A stretch of 64,000 nucleotides of DNA. It comes from Takakia lepidozioides (taxonomy: Eukaryota; Plantae; Bryophyta). A program made the translations under genes and the position numbers. The notes beneath the pieces were generated by a model. It ran no database searches, had not been told where the DNA came from, and saw only the letters and a program-made list of their open reading frames with translations. The first letter of the stretch is position 1; each line of letters starts with the position of its first letter. Of the stretch, positions 37,090 to 50,199 are shown one piece after another. The stretch spans positions 46,376,001 through 46,440,000 of the forward strand of contig CM060734.1 of the NCBI GenBank assembly GCA_030704615.1, written 5' to 3'.

Positions 37090-39200
37090 TTAGAACACCA
37101 CCCTCCAATCCATATTCCAACTTGATCCCACATAATGACACTCAAATCATAACGTCCAAAGTATCCAACTTCAAGCAATATCGCAAATGGCTTTTTGATA
37201 GCATTTTGTTTTGAGAAACCCCTCTCACAAATTGCAGTACTTGTAGGAATCACAAGTGTCTTTTGCCAAAGACGCATGAGGTGTGGTCAGTTAGTATGTC
37301 ATTTATTAGTGCCTCCATACAATCGTCACGCCTCAAACAAAGATTGTTTTCACACTCATGCCTCAAGGTTTCCACAAACTTAAGTAACGCAGCCCTGCTT
37401 GCAATATCACTTTCAGCTCTATCAATCCAAATTTTAAGATCAACCTCTCTACCCATTGCTTGAACATAGTGATACGAGCATCTTCACCATTTGGATAATA
37501 CTTTGGACTGAAAAGCTTTGATGCATTGAAAACATGAAGGTGCAGAAATCTCTCATTCAAGCTATCGACAACTGCTTGTAGCACATACTCAGCTCCCATT
37601 TACTTTGCATTCTTGCAACGTGTCATCTCGATCAAAAATCCGTTCGTGATGCATAAGATGATATGTACCGTCAAGGCCATTGTCTGTCCTCCATCTTAAG
37701 GCGCCATCAACCAAATCTCCATACAAAAATGGTCTCAAATGCTTTGTTAGTCGTCCAAAGTTGGGACCATAACCACAGAGAAAATGTCTCCTCAATATAG
37801 AAATGGTTGCATCTAAAGTGCATCCAATCATTGAAATATCAACATGTCGTGTTGAAATTTTTGATTCAACTTATTTAACTTTGCTAAAACATCAACCACA
37901 ATATGAAGCTGCTTGAATTGAAATAAAAATGTAGTAGCTTCTCAAAACCAATAAGCCTCCGTCACTTGAAAAACATAAAATATGACTGGCATATAATACA
38001 AAATACGTTCAAATACATGACATCGAGAAAGCCATCGGACTGAGTGGAATTGTAGGATAGGTTAATGGTCCAAATCAAATGATTTCATGACGCATTTGAT
38101 TTCATTCCGTTGGTTGCAACTCCTCCCTACCCACTCATAAACTTTGTTAGCAAATTGATCCAAAACCTGCAACTCCGGCACTATCTTCAATGAATCATCT
38201 ACTGCCAAAACTTCACGATGAGCTATACAATATTGAGTGTTTACCAAAATGAGAACATCTCCTCGCAAGCGAATAGCTAACCCTTGATGGTACCCTACCA
38301 TAGAAGATGCTCCATTAGTTGCAAGAGCCACTAAGTTGGATGGATTCAATCTCAACCTTTCTAATGGTGATGATGTCACAAGATACATGTTTTCTCCAGT
38401 CGCATCTTTTTTTGCCAACAATTCCACAAAGACAAGGGTTTGAGGATCTTTCCCTTGCAAACTCAGATAACAACAGTATTCAATCAAATGTTGTTCCATA
38501 GTCTGGTCAATGGACTCGTCAATCTCACAAAGACTCCAACATAGCCGTCCTTGTAGTATAAGCTTCATACTCATCATTCACAGGCATATCATGAGTGTTC
38601 AAGGTCCTCAAGAATTGACATTCGTTCTCATAACTTAGAATAAAACGGTGATCTTGAGTTACAATGAAAAACAAGATCTTCATGCAAGATCCTTGCATGT
38701 TATTTCTCAACTGCATGTTGAATATACCGAGTAATGAGAACCAAACCAGAGAAGAAAAACAAATAGCTTCCCATCGAAGCAATGCAGTTTTATGATCGGA
38801 GTTTTTCTCATAATCACGAACAATAGACTTTTGCATGCTCCGACCCTATGACGAATTGGAATTCCTCACACGCAGCATATTTCATAAAACCAGTAGATGG
38901 CCCCACTTGGTGGTTTGAAGTGCTTAAGCCATTTCCTCCCAATTTTTCATGAAGCTTTAAATCTTTTATTATAGTCCCGCCTTGGGAACCACGAGCTCCG
39001 AAAAATGGAAGTTGATGGGTATCTGCAGAGTTGGAAAAATCTTCATCTGTTTCAGAATTTTGGCTTTCTGATAAAGTGACGGAGAAAAAAAATCATGATG
39101 AAACTTGCAAAACAACAATTTTCTGATATCAATTCACCCTGCCATAACTCCTCACGTAGCATATCAATAAATTCAGACCATCAAAGAAAACCAAAACCTA
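37090..39200 (-). mobile_element. Decayed hAT transposase (ZNF862-like subgroup)
   Basis: DES.D..EQHL, ATNGASSMVG, YCIAHR and the dimerisation motif LVIPTSTAICERGFS; many stops and frameshifts. Confidence 0.85.
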
Positions 39201-39469
39201 AATTAGGTTAAAACGATGCCAGTAGTTTAAGTAAAGATTTGGTACCTTGTGGGTGTCAACTCGAGACAACGACCTTTTTTAGCCAAATAAAGACATTATT
39301 GATCGTTGAGATGTGTCTTTCTTTGGCCTTCCCATCCTTGAATTACTTCCAGAAGCTATGAACGAGTCACTAATGTCAACTTCACATTGAGTACTTCTAT
39401 ACTCGTGTCATTGGTCTATACAGTGTATTTGTGTCCCCTGTATTAAAATATGAGACAGTTTAAAATTAT

Positions 39470-40065
39470 ACCGGTACACCTGGTACGTTGATACGCTGAT
39501 ACGCCTGGTACATGAGCAAATGAGATAGAGTCTTCAATAGTGGGTACGCTGGTACATACAGGGCACGTACCTACATGCTCACTATTATTCTTGTATTCAC
39601 TATTTTAATATAGTTTCTCCAGGATCATCTGTATTAAAGTAATCATTGCTTTATATATGCAGTTTATGAATTGAATAGTGAACACTAAGCGGAATGTACA
39701 ATTCTAAGCTCTCATATTCTAGTACAGGGGACATTGGTACACTGATCCAGCCTCCAAGCAAGCTCTCGCGGCTTCAAGTGGACTGATATGTTATTACGTT
39801 AATACACCTTGTACGCTGGTATGCCTAATACATGATGATGAGCAAGTGAGAGGGAGTCTTCAATATTGGGTACGCTGGTACATACAGGGCAGATATGTAC
39901 TCCTCACTGTGATTATTGTATTCACTATTTTAATATAGTTTCTCTAGGATCCGACTCTTTACTAAGCAATCGTTGCTTGATATATGAAGGTTATTACTTG
40001 AATAGTGAACCCTAAGCTAAATGTACGATTTTAAGCATTTCCATATTCTAGTAGGAGACACAAGT
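39470..40065. repeat. Diverged tandem duplication (period about 326 bp) with TACGCTGGTAC motifs, probably hAT subterminal sequence
   Basis: The segments from 39512 and 39838 share gagtcttcaata.tgggtacgctggtacatacagggca...tgtattcactattttaatatagtttctc.aggatc. Confidence 0.75.
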
Positions 40066-40664
40066 AGCGTACCTCGCCACTGGGAGCCGCGAGAGCTTGT
40101 TTGGAGGTAGGAGCATGTACAAGAGAGAAAGACCAGTGTACCTACATGCGTACCAGCATACCGGTCCACTGAGAGCCTTGCGCGAGAGCTTGCTTGCAGA
40201 AGCACGCGCGTGAAAGGTAGAGGGAGACTCAAAGGTTTAGGGCTTGAAACACAAAAATGGCAGTTGACAGTACCTTGGTGAAGCTCCCATAAGTCCTAAG
40301 ATTAACAATAATTACTAGAAAAAATGTACATTTGAGGCTTTCTGAACCTCTCATAGGTGGACTTAATAATAAATTAATAGTAATTATAAGTAATTTCTTC
40401 ATTTATTTATTTATTTAATTTTTTCCGTCTTTCATTTTGACAGACATTTTTTTCTTAATGCATTTTCTTTTGACAGACAGTTTTTTTTTTGTCTTATTTT
40501 TTACTGTCAAATCTGATGTGACATATGCAAAAAACAACATTACGTCCGAAGTCATGTCCTGACGTGCGTCACTTCACCTCAAAAATTGACTTTACATTGT
40601 GTAATGTTTTTAAATTTTAACTTTTATATTGTATAGTTTATTATTGTAATACGTAAACCGCTAT

Positions 40665-43600
40665 GTCACATCTAGTGGTCCAAAATTTTAGAATTATTTT
40701 CACTGGATCCAACGGTCTCAAATTTTTATATATATTTTTAATAAATATGGACCTCAATCTCTAGCGGTCCCGAATTTTCAAGAAAATATTTAATAAATCG
40801 GGACCGCCGAAGCTAGTGGTCCCGATTTTTAAGAATTTAATAAATTCGGGACCGCCAACATTGGCGGTCTTGATTTTCAAGAAATTATTATTCATTGTAC
40901 TTTTTCGGCCTCCTTTGTAATTTATAGAATAGCCGACAATGGACAATTTTATGTGAGAATGTCGTATCAAATTCTGGGCCTTGTTTGGATCATTGAGAAA
41001 CTTTGAAAGTTTTACTAGCCGAATAATTTCATTCGACCAGACGATCTTGGCTGGCCAAGTGTTGTAGCAGGTCATCTATCTCCACCTCATCAATGAGCTC
41101 CTGCATCCAAAATCTAATTAGATTCGAAATAATATGTAGTCTTGATTTCTAACAATTAATTACTTTATCTGAATTTCGGATCTAGATCTGAAGTCCACTG
41201 AAGACTACATTCGACATCAATTTGTTACTCTAGAGACTAAAACATACCTTGGCTACGATGATTATATGTTGTCCACCAATAACGAAAAATTTCGCGTTCT
41301 TCACATCCTCCCGGGACTTTGGCTTTTAGGGCCAAACTTGACCGTCCTCATTTGGATGAATTGGAGTTAGATAGACGAGATGTTTTGAATCGAGAACGCG
41401 GTGTTCGAATAGTCTTGTCTTCATCTCTTCTTTGTGTTTCAGGTTTAGCGGCCTGTAAACCATTTGTCTCGGTGCCTATTCTTTCAACTGAAATTAAATG
41501 TGTCTCCTCAAAACCAAATGGAAATATATCCCCATACAAATCAATGAGTTGTTTTTCCATTTCTTGACATTTTTCTTTGTCATAAAATCTCTAGATTTTG
41601 GTTTCTTATCTGTTATGAATACTGGATCAAATGAAACTTTAGATGATCTCTTCTTTGCCTTCGGAAGAGTTACATTGTCTTTGTCACCTTTATCATCATG
41701 TATTGTCTCGTCAGCTGCGGATTTTCGCTTCATTATTTTATTTTATTTTGAAGTCTCATGCTCTTATCGGTTCTTTTTAGTCTCCTTAGCTAAAACAAAG
41801 AGACGATCCCTGAAATCGGCTCCACTCCGTAGTAAAATTGAATTCAGCTTGGATTAACCCATCCCTAGGGAACTTAAACCCCAGCTTGCACAGTCCCAAA
41901 CTGGTGGTCCCAATGTTTTTTAATTTATTTATTTATTCACTTGATCTGAAGGTCCTGAATTTAATAAAATAAATTCGCATTGTCACCTCTCATGATCCCA
42001 AAATCATTATTTATAATAATAATAATAATAATAAATTGGATTGTTACATCAGGCGGTCTCGAAATCAATAAAAAAAATTAATTAAAAAAGCTGGGACCGT
42101 TATCTCTAGAGATCTCGAAATTAATAATTATTTATAAATAAATAAAAAATATCGGGACCGTCACCTCTGGTGGTCCCAAAAACAACAAAAAAACAATAAA
42201 ATTAAAAACAATTTGGGACCGCCAACATTCTTCGAGGTACCATAGGCTGCAAACTTGCTATGCATTTCATAATGGAGACTTTCATGCATGGCGGTGAATT
42301 CGAAATCATGTATGTTCAAAAACCACTCCCGGAATCTATATTTGGCTTTATCTACTTAGCTTCGGAAGAAGTAAAAAATAGATGATGGAAAAATGTGTGT
42401 AAATTGAGCATACCATAATCAAACATTTGTTGTGCACGCGCCGATTGAGCATGACTGAGATCAACACCACAATAAATTCTCGCGGAAAGAGACGCCCTTC
42501 CGGTCATGGTGAAAAACGTGAATATGCTGCACTCACAGGCCAACATTGAAGCAGCTCTCCGTGACGTAGTGGGCAAGGCGAACATTGAATAAGTGTATCT
42601 CTGCTTCATTCCTCCATACGAACAGATCGAGCATGTGGGAATGGCTCAGATCACCCGCACGAACCCCTCTGTTTATATATAGTGGTGCAATCGAAGTCAG
42701 ATTCTCATACTTGGGCACAGTGTGAACTTCATTCTCCATACTAGCAGCCTTTACGACTCCAGCCCGCCAATTAAGGAGATACTGCATGTGTTGCGTGTAG
42801 CCAACATCAATCAGGCGTTGGTTGATACCGTGAACTCAATCAACGTCACTACAAGCTCCGACACCAACAACAGTCATGCTTCAATGATGTCGGAAATCGA
42901 CAGAAAATTTGCTGTCCACGCTATCTCCATTAAGTCGAATATCCGAAGTGAACTGACTATTATGGAAACTCCAGTTTCCGACACTGTCGCAATCCAGCAG
43001 GATGCCTATCATAAATATATGGTCTACCTACATGACTGACTTACTAAAAATCTCGGGATCAACCTCACAAATTTCTATGAGCATGTCAATCTAGTCTTGG
43101 ACAAGCTGCCTAAACCTCCTGTTCTATCAACCTCGACATTGAGACCGCTCCCAATTGCCTCCTCCCTGGAGTGAGGAAGTGGAGGATCAGGATGAACTTT
43201 GACAGAGCTCCATTTGTTGCCTGCCGTAGAGAGCGATGCATGCACCTTCCCTGCCCTCAAACACCCTTTCTTGGAGTTGTCAGGAGGAAGAGTACCTGAA
43301 GTGAAGGCTTTGTCATGTCCTGGACGATGGGAGGAAGGGCCCTTAGTAGGGAGCTGAACCCTCCTGCGTTTCGGCCCATCATCGAATGCCTCCATGTCAG
43401 AGTCATCCAGTTTCAACTGCTGTTGCTTCTGTATGAACGCTGCAGTCCCCCTCAGAATCTGTCAAGACCAGCCGAACTTCATCCCTGTTCTTCCTTGATG
43501 ATTTTCTCGGATAATCACCCATTTCTTGGGACACTGGTTCATCAGAGGATGCAGGCTTTTTCTTCTGTGTGGTTTTGCGAGGCGGCATCAAGTTGTGGCG

Positions 43601-43820
43601 CCTGAGCACATCCTCCATGATACCCCTCTGGCAGGGTTCAAAAACAGGATACATTTTAAGGGCACCCTCATCTTGCCCATGCTTCCTACAACCATCTATC
43701 ATGTGCAAGTTCAATTAAAAAAAATTAGAATCACCAGCTCTGACGGTCCCGAAATCAACAAGAAAAAATTAATGAATTTAAAAAATCGGGACCACCACCT
43801 CTGACAATCCTGAAACTAAT
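40665..43820. repeat. Clusters of palindromic GGGACCG..N..GGTCCC units with AT-rich spacers (40665-40880, 41890-42230, 43730-43815); DNA-transposon subterminal repeats
   Basis: For example tcgggaccgccgaagctagtggtcccga and tcgggaccgtcacctctggtggtcccaa. Confidence 0.7.
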
Positions 43821-44699
43821 TAAAAGGGGCAAGGATGGAGCGCCCAGGGAGCTCCGCGATCTGCGGTGAGAAGAGAGCCGAACGCAACGGTCTCTTCGTC
43901 TCTCTCCTCCACCCACGGCGAGGCCCAAACAGGGATTTTCAAGTTTTCGAAGAAGACATCTCATGCTTACGGGCTCTGGAAATACAGGCAACGGGTTTTG
44001 GACCCAAGCAAATCTTTATTCCCTGACCAAACTCACCCCCAAAACCCCTCGGAGCTTCATCACCCCTTCATCTTGAGTAAGTACTAACTGGCTATTTTCA
44101 TTTTTTTTTCATCTTGGGAAGATCAGGCATTTGGCTGACGGCCGTCACCATTTATGATCTCGATCAAGTTTACTGTCATCTCATTACGATTATGTCCCCC
44201 CCAACAGCTATGCTTAGCTCTCCTGCGCAACTACCTTCTCCTTGCCAAAGCCAACGTTCAGCACCCCTGGTGAACTCTCAATGTGAAGTTTTGCTCAGTC
44301 TTGAAAACACAGTGATCGGGTAGACTGCAGACCCGTTTCGCTGCTCCATTCCGTGTCTCTAGCACTTGCTTTCCTCAGCCGGCACAATGACTCCCAACTC
44401 GTTTTTCCACTCTCGCGGTCAGACCTCTGGAAGAGGGAGAGGTCAACCACGGATACAACCACGACATCAGCAGCGCCATCTTCCATCATCGGGTACAGGT
44501 TACTTCCAAGCCCACCATGCCCAAACGAGAGATCGTAATATTCATGAGGGCACAGTCATTTGGCAACCCAGGGATCGACTTGCAGCCTGGACGGACAACC
44601 GCGGGGAAAGTCAAGAAGGTCTGAACCCCCTTCCCAATGCGACAGCAAACGCGCCAGTTTACCTGCAGAATCAAAGCCCAGTACCAAACCCAGAGCAGC

Positions 44700-45480
44700 T
44701 AGAAGGACCAGACATCACAGATGACCTTTTAGACCCTCTATCCACGTAGGAGGCGCTCTAGGGAGACTACCCTCTCATCCCTATGGACATGGCAGATCTT
44801 CTCAAAGGACCTCAAGCATGGAAGATCTCGGAATCTTGGTACACTTCCCGGGAAAAAAAGTTAGTAGATCCTTTGTGAGAGATTGGGCAGTCAGATACAT
44901 GGGGGGTTAGGGTGACTTAAAGCAACAATCCTGCTACGCTAGGGGCAGAGGCTTCTTTTCTATTCAATTTGAAACTCAAGAAGCTGCAGCCAAAGCCCTC
45001 AACTTCAACCCCATGTCCACGGTTTCAATGTAAACATATTTCCTTGGTCCTAAAAAATGGGTCACAAGAACGATAAGCTGTGGGGGCCAATGATAGTTTC
45101 ACTTCCATTTATTCCTGATCAGTATCTTATGAATTTGCCAGATATCGCTAACCACTTTGGCGAATATCTGGGATGCATTGGAGTATTTGATCAACACATG
45201 GATACATAACTTATAAGGGAAAATCCAGCATGGAGGTCAGCTATCATTGCCTCAAGGCTCCATGATTGTGGTTTCCCTAAGATGGTTTTGTTAATGCCTG
45301 ACGAGGACACTCTCCTGAACTTTGTGCGCCTCCCCATTGACGAGGAAAACAACTATTTTACTACAAGACTGGTTGAAGACACTACTTCATCAGCATGCTT
45401 TAACTATGGCATGCAAGGCCATATCAAAGCTAACTATCCACATAGGAAAAGGAAAAGATCATACAACCAGGGAACTCGAC
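44700..45480 (+). mobile_element. L1-like LINE ORF1 remnant
   Basis: YLMNLPDIANHFGEYLG is similar to YLTSLPEIGANFGTYIG (7643-7888); degenerate knuckle ACFNYGMQGHIKANYP. Confidence 0.65.
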
Positions 45481-46544
45481 TCCTTCCCGTCCGTAGTTTT
45501 TAAAATCATGTGTTTTACACATGTGATGTCATAAACATGTCAATATGCAACAGATAGGTGTTGTAGCCTAGGGTGGACCAAAATGAAACATACCCTAAAG
45601 TACGAAATATCGAACAAAATTTTAAATTAAAAATAATAGGCCATCGAATGTGCTTAGTTAAATTAATCTAAACCGTTAATTATTGAAAAAAATGTCAATG
45701 TAGAGCCATTATGAGGGACAATTTGAATCACGAGATTCTTACATAGCCGGTGAGATGACCGACGCTTGCCGGTATTGACTTTCTATGATGTAGGTTTACG
45801 GACTGTATCGGTGATTGATTCTTACTTACAGTAGCGACTGTGTTATCTGTGACCACTCAAGACCCATCAGTGAAGGAAGTAGTACATGAGCTGCAGAAAC
45901 TGGTTGCATTGCACGAAAGAGGGAGATAGTTTTAGTTGAAACCATTAGCACTGTCTAAAGAGATGACCTCATCCACAGACTAAAACAAGAAGGTGAGTTC
46001 TATGGAAAATGGTTTAGGTTTGGTCTACATTACCATTATATGGTGAGATTCCGCAGTTAGTAGATGACAACGTTCTCTCTCGTAAGGATTTTGTAGAGAA
46101 ATACGGCTTGTGCTCTAAAGGCTTGAATCCCAAACAAGTGAGGATTCCCAAAGACATCACCATGGACGATGTAAAAAAAAAATTGGATCTGTCATCAACA
46201 AGAATGGTCATAGTTATGTTCACAACGGTGATCCTAAATTCATAGCTAGAGTTGAGCGATTGTTGCATCAAAAGGTTTATGTCTCATCTTCACGTCAGAT
46301 TCCACTTGGGATGGCAAGATATATTGTTTGTGAGGAACTAGGTAAGAAGATGAATTGGGCGACCTATGCGGAGTAGACAAATGCTAAGCAGCGGCGTCGA
46401 AAAAAGTCTGAAGCCCAATCAGTGCTAAGTGTAGGCGAAGATTTGGACAGGGATGCAAACACCGAAGTGCATGGCCGAATGACTCATAAGAACACATGTG
46501 GTTTAGAGCGTAGAGTTTAATACAGATTCCCATGTCCGCTTCTA

Positions 46545-47100
46545 AGTAGCTTATTTACAAAATCGTTTACCTACAAATGCCGTAATTGATATGAGACCTC
46601 ATGAGAAATGGGCTGGCCGTACGCCTACTTTATCTCATATCCATATTTTTCATATCCGTATTTTTGGATGTGAGGCTTACATGCATATTCCTGATGAACT
46701 CCAAAAGAAATCAGATTTTAAAAAGCCTCTCATATCGTTTGCTTGGCTATGATGAAACATCAAAAGCATTTCGTCTTTTTATTGTGAACCAGATAAATCC
46801 ATTCATATTAGTAGGGATGTTTCCTTTAATGAAGCCATCCAACTCAAATATTCCTATTCCAATCCAGATCCAGATCTTGATTCCCATTCTGATTCAGTCT
46901 CTCGATCCAATTTTGCTGCCCTCTCTCCATCAAATGCTGACCTTATCCCTTCAATTGCATTAATCAGCGTGTAAACTCCATTCCACTGATTATTTCTCCT
47001 ATTTTTAATGACCATTCAGACGATGATTTTGATCTCCCTGAACCCTCAAGTCAACCTAGCTTGGGCACTATACCATAGACCAAGATTCCGTCGGGCATGG
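46545..47100 (+). mobile_element. Ty1/copia integrase C-terminus / SH3 region fragment
   Basis: YLQNRLPT..PHEKW.G..P.LSH..IFGCEAYMHIP...LLGYDETSKAFRLF. Confidence 0.85.
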
Positions 47101-48039
47101 CATTAAGATTCTGTAGTCTCGGCTAAAGATTCCATATTTGCTTACTCATGAAGCCATCGTCACGGTCTCTTAGGCAAACCCTCACTCGAGGTAGTGAGCG
47201 AGAGAGGAAGGAAGATAAACGGCAGCAAAGGGGAAAAAGTGCTATGGTAGACAAGCGTTAGCCGGGACGTAAGCGTGAATACTTATTAGATACTAAGCAG
47301 GTATGTGCATGGTTACTAGTTCGTATATGGAACTGGGGCAGCGTCCACACATTCATCTTTACTCATTGAACAGAGAAAGAAAGGAATCATAACTATTTCA
47401 AATGTATTCCAGACCACCACCAGTGTTGGGCGCTTCTTAAATTTCTTCAACATCCGCCTGTTCGGATATTTGCCAGAGTTTTATTACAACCCGTCTCTCC
47501 GACTCGACCTTTCACTGCCACAACTCTCTCCCCTCGCATTGGAAGACAGAGAGAAGACGCCGGCCCAGAGCCGGCTTAATTGAGAGCTACTTCACCTTGT
47601 TGTGAAGGCGAGGATGGGGATGTCAATTGGTGCCATTGCCATGCCAGGTACTCCAAGCTGAAGCTCTGCTTTTTCTGGGCTTCCGTCTCGTTCTCTTCGC
47701 TTTCATTTTCTGTTTCGTCTCTGGCCCTCTCCCGCTTCCTCTGTTCTTCTGTTTATTTGGACTCATGGTTTCGGGTTGGTTACCCCCTTTGTAAGCGCGC
47801 CAAAGTCAAGGCGTGTTTTTTTGCTTCCCCCACGTGTTTCTGGGTTTCATGTTCCATCCCATTTCAAAATCTATCTACACATATATATATATCTAGGTAT
47901 AGTCACAAATCCGGAAGCTCACTGGCCCTGGAGAGATAGTCTGCCCTATCTTGGCATAATGTGGGTTGCAGCTCGGGGGGCGCACTTGCGTTGGAGGGAA
48001 ATTGAAACCGAAGTCATTCCTTGTGTTCTGTTACGATAC

Positions 48040-48240
48040 TTTTCCGACTAAGCCAATCCCTCGCAGCTGTGTTCCGCTACGAGGATCAGAAATCCTTGGC
48101 AGAATATCTGCACGAGGCTACACAATCCCCTGATCATACTTGCTTTTGGGTTTCTCTCGCTCTTGTTTCATGCTTTCTCGTGTGGAAGCTGATTGAGCTT
48201 TCCGAGGACGTAATAAAGGATCATTCGATTTCATTTCTGT
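48040..48240 (+). mobile_element. RTE/RTEX-like LINE 3' fragment
   Basis: QSLAAVFRYEDQKSLAEYLHEA plus the gagctttccg..gtaataaag..cattt tail, as at 13415 and 54770. Confidence 0.75.
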
Positions 48241-50199
48241 CTTTCTTCTTCCTCGTCTCTTTCTGTGCGGGTGTATGTGTGAGAGAGGGAGACGAGGTTT
48301 ACGTGCTCTTTAAATTTTGATCGGAAGTTCAAGTTTGTTTCACTTTTGTAGGATTCAGTTTAGTTCATCGTTTGTCTCTTTTCGCTTTTACCCGTTGCTT
48401 GTAGCTATGGCTATGACGACGAGTGGGACTGTGGGAGCGGTCTGGTCCAATGGAGCAGCTTCAGAAGTCCATATCAGTCACGATTTTTCAAGAATACACT
48501 CACCGATGGTAATTCGCCTCTCCTCCTGTGCAGCCGTTACCTGTAGCCATACCCCTTCTTCCACCGTCCTTTCTCCCTCCTTCGTCTCCAGGCTTCAGTA
48601 TCAAGAAGAGACTCGCAGAGTCGAAATTGGAGTAGGGGCAGAGTTCAGGTTGAGAAAGCAAGCTGGAGTCATTTCTCATATCACACTAGGTTGTACATGG
48701 CGGCTCACAATGTCGATGTCTTTGCTACTAAGATCTTGTATTCTTTAGTGTGATATTGCAGGGATGTTGTCTAAGGAATGGTGGCTCAAGGCCATCCACC
48801 ACCAGAGTTGTATAAGCTGCATGTTTTGTTACTTATGGACTCATAAGTAACATCTTCACCGTTTCTCCACTCCCTTACCACTCAACTCTATCTAATTTTC
48901 ATTTACTGGAATTGTATGTGTGCATGCAGGTTTCTTGGATTTGCTATTGTGTGCTTTGTGAATTTGTACCTTCCTACGTCGTCATGCCTTACTTGCGGTC
49001 TACTCGCGAGCTGCATGCTTCCATTCCACAGGTAGCCATTGAACTACATAACATTGTTTGCTTCGTTGATGGATGGGCTATGGCTTTGGGTACTACTGTA
49101 GATTAGAGAGAGTTCATAAAATGGTGTCTGTCTAAGGAGTTCTTGTGTAGTCTTGGACTCCTCCCCCTGGTGTAGATGCCCTACCTAACGGGTTCTCTAG
49201 GGTGGCCGATAATTTTCTCAAGAACTTCATCTATCTCAAAGACGCCCCAAAAGCCGAGACCACCGAACAAGTCGAAAGCACTAGTGCGGCTACAAGGAAT
49301 ACAACGTGGCTTGAACTGTCTCATCCTACCGGAAGCTGCACTCCGATCACAGGACCTATCGAGCCTGGACCAGAGAGATGCATCACTTGTGGCATGAACT
49401 CTCCCTGTCTGCCCCAAGTCATCCGCTCGTGATCTCCTCCCTGTCCCTGTCTCCGGCACACCTGATCCCACCATGCCATGGATTGAGCTCGTTGGGCCTC
49501 ACGTTCCTCGACTGGAGCCATCTTTCCTACTCCTTCCATTCAAGTGAGTTTGTGTTCTCCGCCTAGAACTCGTTTGAGAAGAGGATGTGACACTGTCATG
49601 GGGGTAGCACCCATTTGCAATTCCTCCTGTTTCATGTAAATAAAGCTGTACAGGATTTCATCATATTCGCAATTGTGAGTCTTCTCTTCTGGGACTGTTG
49701 ATGAACAATCGGAACTTCAGCTTTGTGGATATGAGACAAAATTCACGGCATGATTTTCTTGTCAAATTACACTTGCAGTGGGTGGTGAAGTCCCATGTGA
49801 GCAAGTTATTCATTACATTCATGTAAGAGAGAGAAGCGAAAGAAATTTATAATATCCACTGGGAGGCCCAAAGGTTCCAAGAACAGAACAAAATATTACC
49901 ATAGCATTACTTTGGCATGGTGACACAGCATCACTGAACCAAAGAACTACTCAAATGTTGCTGGAAGGCGTAGGACAGGATGAGAGCAATTTGGATCTTG
50001 AGAGCAAATGGCCTTGGCCAATGAGGGGATAGGTCTTTTTGATTCTTTTGAGAGCAGTGTGGAGAAAAAATCGCCCGTCAAAGGAAGGAATGAACAAGGG
50101 CAGAGGGGCATACATGATATGGGGATGTTGGGTAGTACTTTCACTTGAGGGCAGAGTCCCAGAGCCAGTAGGTGTGTTTGTTCCCACGAGGCTATCTAA

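Noticed and set aside
40665-42230. Palindromic repeats with spacers, superficially CRISPR-like
   Set aside because: Repeats are degenerate, spacers are low-complexity AT runs, there are no cas genes and the context is eukaryotic.
49740-50199. Possible N-terminal extension of the PPR ORF interrupted by editable TGA/TAA stops
   Set aside because: Seven stops in about 150 codons is what random sequence gives, and stop-removing U-to-C editing is organellar, not nuclear.
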